A DNA stretch of 64,000 nucleotides from Heterodontus francisci (Eukaryota): contig NC_090382.1 of the NCBI RefSeq assembly GCF_036365525.1, positions 107,480,372 through 107,544,371 of the forward strand, in the 5' to 3' direction. This document shows positions 60,418 through 64,000 of this stretch, piece by piece (the first letter of the stretch is position 1; every line of letters begins with the position of its first letter). The notes below the pieces were generated by a model. It was not told the DNA's origin and did no database searches. It was given only the letters and a program-made list of their open reading frames with translations. The translations under genes and the position numbers were made by a program.

Positions 60418-62065
60418 AACAAAGATAATTACAGCACAGGAACAGGCCCTTCGGCCCTCCAAGCCTGCGCCGATCCAGATCCTCTCTCTAAACATGTCGC
60501 CTATTTTCTAAGGTTCTGTATCTCTTTTCTTCCTGCCCATTCATGTATCTGTCTAGATACATCTTAAAAGACTCCATCGTGCCCGCGTCTACCACCTCCG
60601 CTGGCAACGCGTTCCAGGTGCCCACCACCCTCTGCGTAAAGAACTTTCCACGCATATCCCCCCTAAATATTTCCCCTTTCACTTTGAACTCGTGTCCTCT
60701 AGTAATTGAAACCCCCACTCTGGGAAAAAGCCTCTTGCTGTCCACCCTGTCTATACCTCTCATGATTTTGTACACCTCAATCAGGTCCCCCCTCAACCTC
60801 CGTCTTTCTAATGAAAATAATCCTAATCTACTCAACCTCTCTTCATAGCTAGCGCCCTCCATACCAGGCAACATCCTGGTGAACCTCCTCTGCACCCTCT
60901 CCAAAGCATCCACATCCTTTTGATAATGTGGCGACCAGAACTGTACGCAGTATTCCAAATGTGGCCGAACCAAAGTCCTATACAACTGTAACATGACCTG
61001 CCAACTCTTGTACTCAATGCCCCGTCCGATGAAGGAAAGCATGCCGTATGCCTTCTTGACCACTCTATTTACCTGCGTTGCCACCTTCAGGGAACAGTGG
61101 ACCTGAACACCCAAATCTCTCTGGACATCAATTTTCCCCAGGACTTTTCCATTTACTGTATAGTTCACTCTTGAATTGGATCTTCCAAAATGCATCACCT
61201 CGCATTTGCCCTGATTGAACTCCATCTGCCATTTCTCTGCCCAACTCTCTAATCTATCTATATTCTGCTGTATTCTCTGACAGTCCCCTTCACTATCTGC
61301 TACTCCACCAATCTTAGTGTCGTCTGCAAACTTGCTAATCAGTCCACCTATACTTTCCTCCAAATCATTAATGTATATCACAAACAACAGTGGTCCCAGC
61401 ACGGATCCCTGTGGAACACCACTGGTCACACGTCTCCATTTTGAGAAACTCCCCTCTACTGCTACTCTCTGTCTCCTGTTGCCCAGCCAGTTCTTTATCC
61501 ATCTAGCTAGTACACCTTGGACCCCAAGCGCCTTCACTTTCTCCATCAGCCTGCCATGGGGAACCTTATCAAACGCCTTACTGAAGTCCATGTATATGAC
61601 ATCGACAGCCCTTCCCTCATCAATCAACTTTGTCACTTCCTCAAAGAATTCTATTAAGTTGGTAAGACATGACCTTCCCTGCACAAAACCATGTTGCCTA
61701 TCACTGATGAGCCCATTTTCTTCCAAATGGGAATAGATCCTATCCCTCAGTATCTTCTCCAGCAGCTTCCCTACCACTGACGTCAGGCTCACCGGTCTAT
61801 AATTACCTGGATTATCCCTGCTACCCCTCTTAAACAAGGGGACAACATTAGCAATTCTCCAGTCCTCCGGGACCTCACCCGTGTTTAAGGATGCTGCAAA
61901 GATATCTGTTAAGGCCCCAGCTATTTCCTCTCTCGCTTCCCTCAGTAACCTGGGATAGATCCCATCCGGACCTGGGGACTTGTCCACCTTAATGCCCTTT
62001 AGAATACCCAACACTTCCTCCCTCCTTATGCCGACTTGACCTAGAGTAATCAAACATCTGTTCCT
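60418..62065 (-). mobile_element. Young 5'-truncated CR1 LINE with an uninterrupted RT ORF, nested in an older CR1 (about 59990-62100)
   Basis: 521-aa open frame (KSPGPDG, NYRPVSLTS, DFSKAFD, GVPQGSVLGP, KFADD); 7-bp TSD AATATAG at 60411-60417 and 62066-62072. Confidence 0.93.
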
Positions 62066-62909
62066 AATATAGGCCGAGTCGACTCAATCTCTCCTCTTGA
62101 TGTAAAGCTAATGTCTGTCATTGCTGTGTGGGTGAAGCGTTGGAGTTGAGGGTGATTGTTAATGGACATTAATCCACAAGGCCATGAAACAGGGCACCAA
62201 GAGAAGGCAAGAAAATGAAATTTTTGCTCTACGGAGATTGACAGGGCCTCGATGGGCCGAATGACCACCTTCAGTGTCATAATGGCTCTATGACTCTATA
62301 AAAGAAATTACAAGACCTAGGGAGCCAGCATTTGCATACAGCACCCTACATCCAACATTATTCAACAAAAACATGTATTTTATATACCAACGTTAACATG
62401 GTAAAACATCCCAAGGCGTCTCACAGGAGCTTTACCGAACAAAATTTGATATTGAGATAGGTGCAGCTCTACCAAGATCTCAGTTAATTCCAGAGCAGAC
62501 TAGAAGGTTTGAATGGCCTCCTACTGTCCTTATTTTTTTTTTCAAACATTTATCAGCTTCCCCTACAGTTTCCTGTTGAATATTCCAGGTCATGGTTTTG
62601 TACAACTGAGTGGCTTGCGAGGCCATTTCAGAGGGCAGTTAAGAGTCAACTAGATTGCTGTGGATCTGGAGTCACAGGTAGGCCAGACCAGGTAAGGATG
62701 GCAGATTTCCTTCCCCAAAGGGCATTAGTGAACCAAATGGGATTTTACGACAATCGATGACAGTTTCATGGCATCATTACTGAGACTAGCTTTCAATTCC
62801 AGATTTCTCTTAATTAATTGAATTTAACTTCCTCCAGCTGCCATGATGGGATTTGAACCCGTGTCCCCAGAGTATTAGCTGGATTACCAGTCCAGTGACA
62901 TTGCCATTG

Positions 62910-64000
62910 TGTCCCTTGATATCAAGGCAGCATTTGACCGTGTGACATCAAGGAGCCCTAGCCAAATTGAAGTCAATGGGAATTAGGGGGGAAAGCTCTC
63001 CACTGGTTTGAGTCATACCTGGCACAAAGGAAGATGGTTGTGGTTGTTGGAGGTCAATCATCTCAGTCCCAGGACATCACTGCAGGAGTTCCTCAGGGTT
63101 GTGTCCTAGGCCCAACCATCTTCAACTGCTTCATCAATGGCCTTCCTTCAATCATAAGGTCAGAAGTGGGGATGTTCATTGATGGTTGTGCGATGTTCAG
63201 TACCATTCACAACTCTTCGTACACTAAAGCAGTCAATGACCATATGCAGCAAGACCTGGACAACATACAGCCTTGAGCTGTTAAGTGACAAGTAACATTT
63301 GCACCACACAAGTGCCAGGCAATGAATATCTCCAAGAAGAGAGAATCTAACCATCTCCCCTTGGCATTCAATGGCATTACCATTGCTGAATCCCCCACTA
63401 TCAACATCCTGGGGGTCACTATCGACCAGAAACTGAACTGGAGCAGCCACATAAATACTGTGGCTACAAGAGCAGGTCAGATGCGGGGAATTCAGCGGCG
63501 AGTAACCCATCTCCTGACTCCCCAAAGCCTGTCCACCATCTACAAGTCAGGAGTGTGATGGAATACTCTCCACTTGCCTGGATGAGTGCAACTCCTACAA
63601 CACTCAAGGTGTTCAACACCATCCAGGACAATGCAGCCCGCTTGATCGGCACCCCATTCATCACCTTAAACATTCACTCCCTTCGCCACCAATACACAGT
63701 GGCAGCAGTGTGTACCATCTACAAGATGCATTGCAGCAATGCACCAAGGCTCCTTAGACAGCACCTTTCAAACCCGCGACCTCTACCAACTAGAAGGACA
63801 AGGGCAGCAGATTCATGGGAACGCCACCACCTGCAAGTTCCCCTCCAAGTCCCACACCATCCTGACTTGGATCTATATCGCCGTTCCTTCACTGTCGATG
63901 GGTCAATATCCTGGCACTCCCTTCCTAACAGCACTGTGGGTGTACCCGCACCAGATGAACTGCAACGGTTCAAGAAGGCAGCTCACCACCACCTTCTCAA
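62910..64000 (+). mobile_element. LINE family A fragment running off the window end
   Basis: AGVPQGCVLGPTIFNCFIN...QQDLDNIQ...ILGVTIDQKLNWSSHINTVATRAG. Confidence 0.85.

Noticed and set aside
60488-62053. 521-aa ORF as a host or domesticated gene
   Set aside because: It is a 5'-truncated CR1 ORF2 with no endonuclease domain or true start, bounded by a TSD.

Overview
This is vertebrate genomic DNA, most likely from a shark or other cartilaginous fish, judged from the repeat set (V-type and Deu-type SINEs, CR1/L2/RTE/Tx1 LINEs, a Penelope-like element, Harbinger and hAT remnants). Most of the window is decayed, nested transposable elements. One complete host gene lies on the minus strand: CD74, the MHC class II invariant chain. 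I reconstructed it by hand as 10 coding exons (57588 down to 36106; 990 nt, 329 aa), all GT-AG and phase-consistent. It encodes cytosolic leucine-based sorting motifs, a TM segment, CLIP, the trimerisation domain and a 192-nt thyroglobulin type-1 (Tg, p41-type) exon. Main points of interest: (1) an extra 108-nt exon encoding a second CLIP-like peptide that looks like a duplicate of the CLIP exon; (2) a ~0.85-kb inverted LINE pair enclosing the Tg exon, a candidate RNA-structure switch for exon skipping or circRNA; (3) NF-kB/PU.1/IRF/AP-1 motif clusters in the promoter, intron 1 and duplicated downstream segments; (4) a Penelope-like element with a minimal hammerhead-ribozyme motif, plus four short copies of its tail. 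Repeat boundaries are approximate unless a target-site duplication (TSD) is quoted. No database searches were run.
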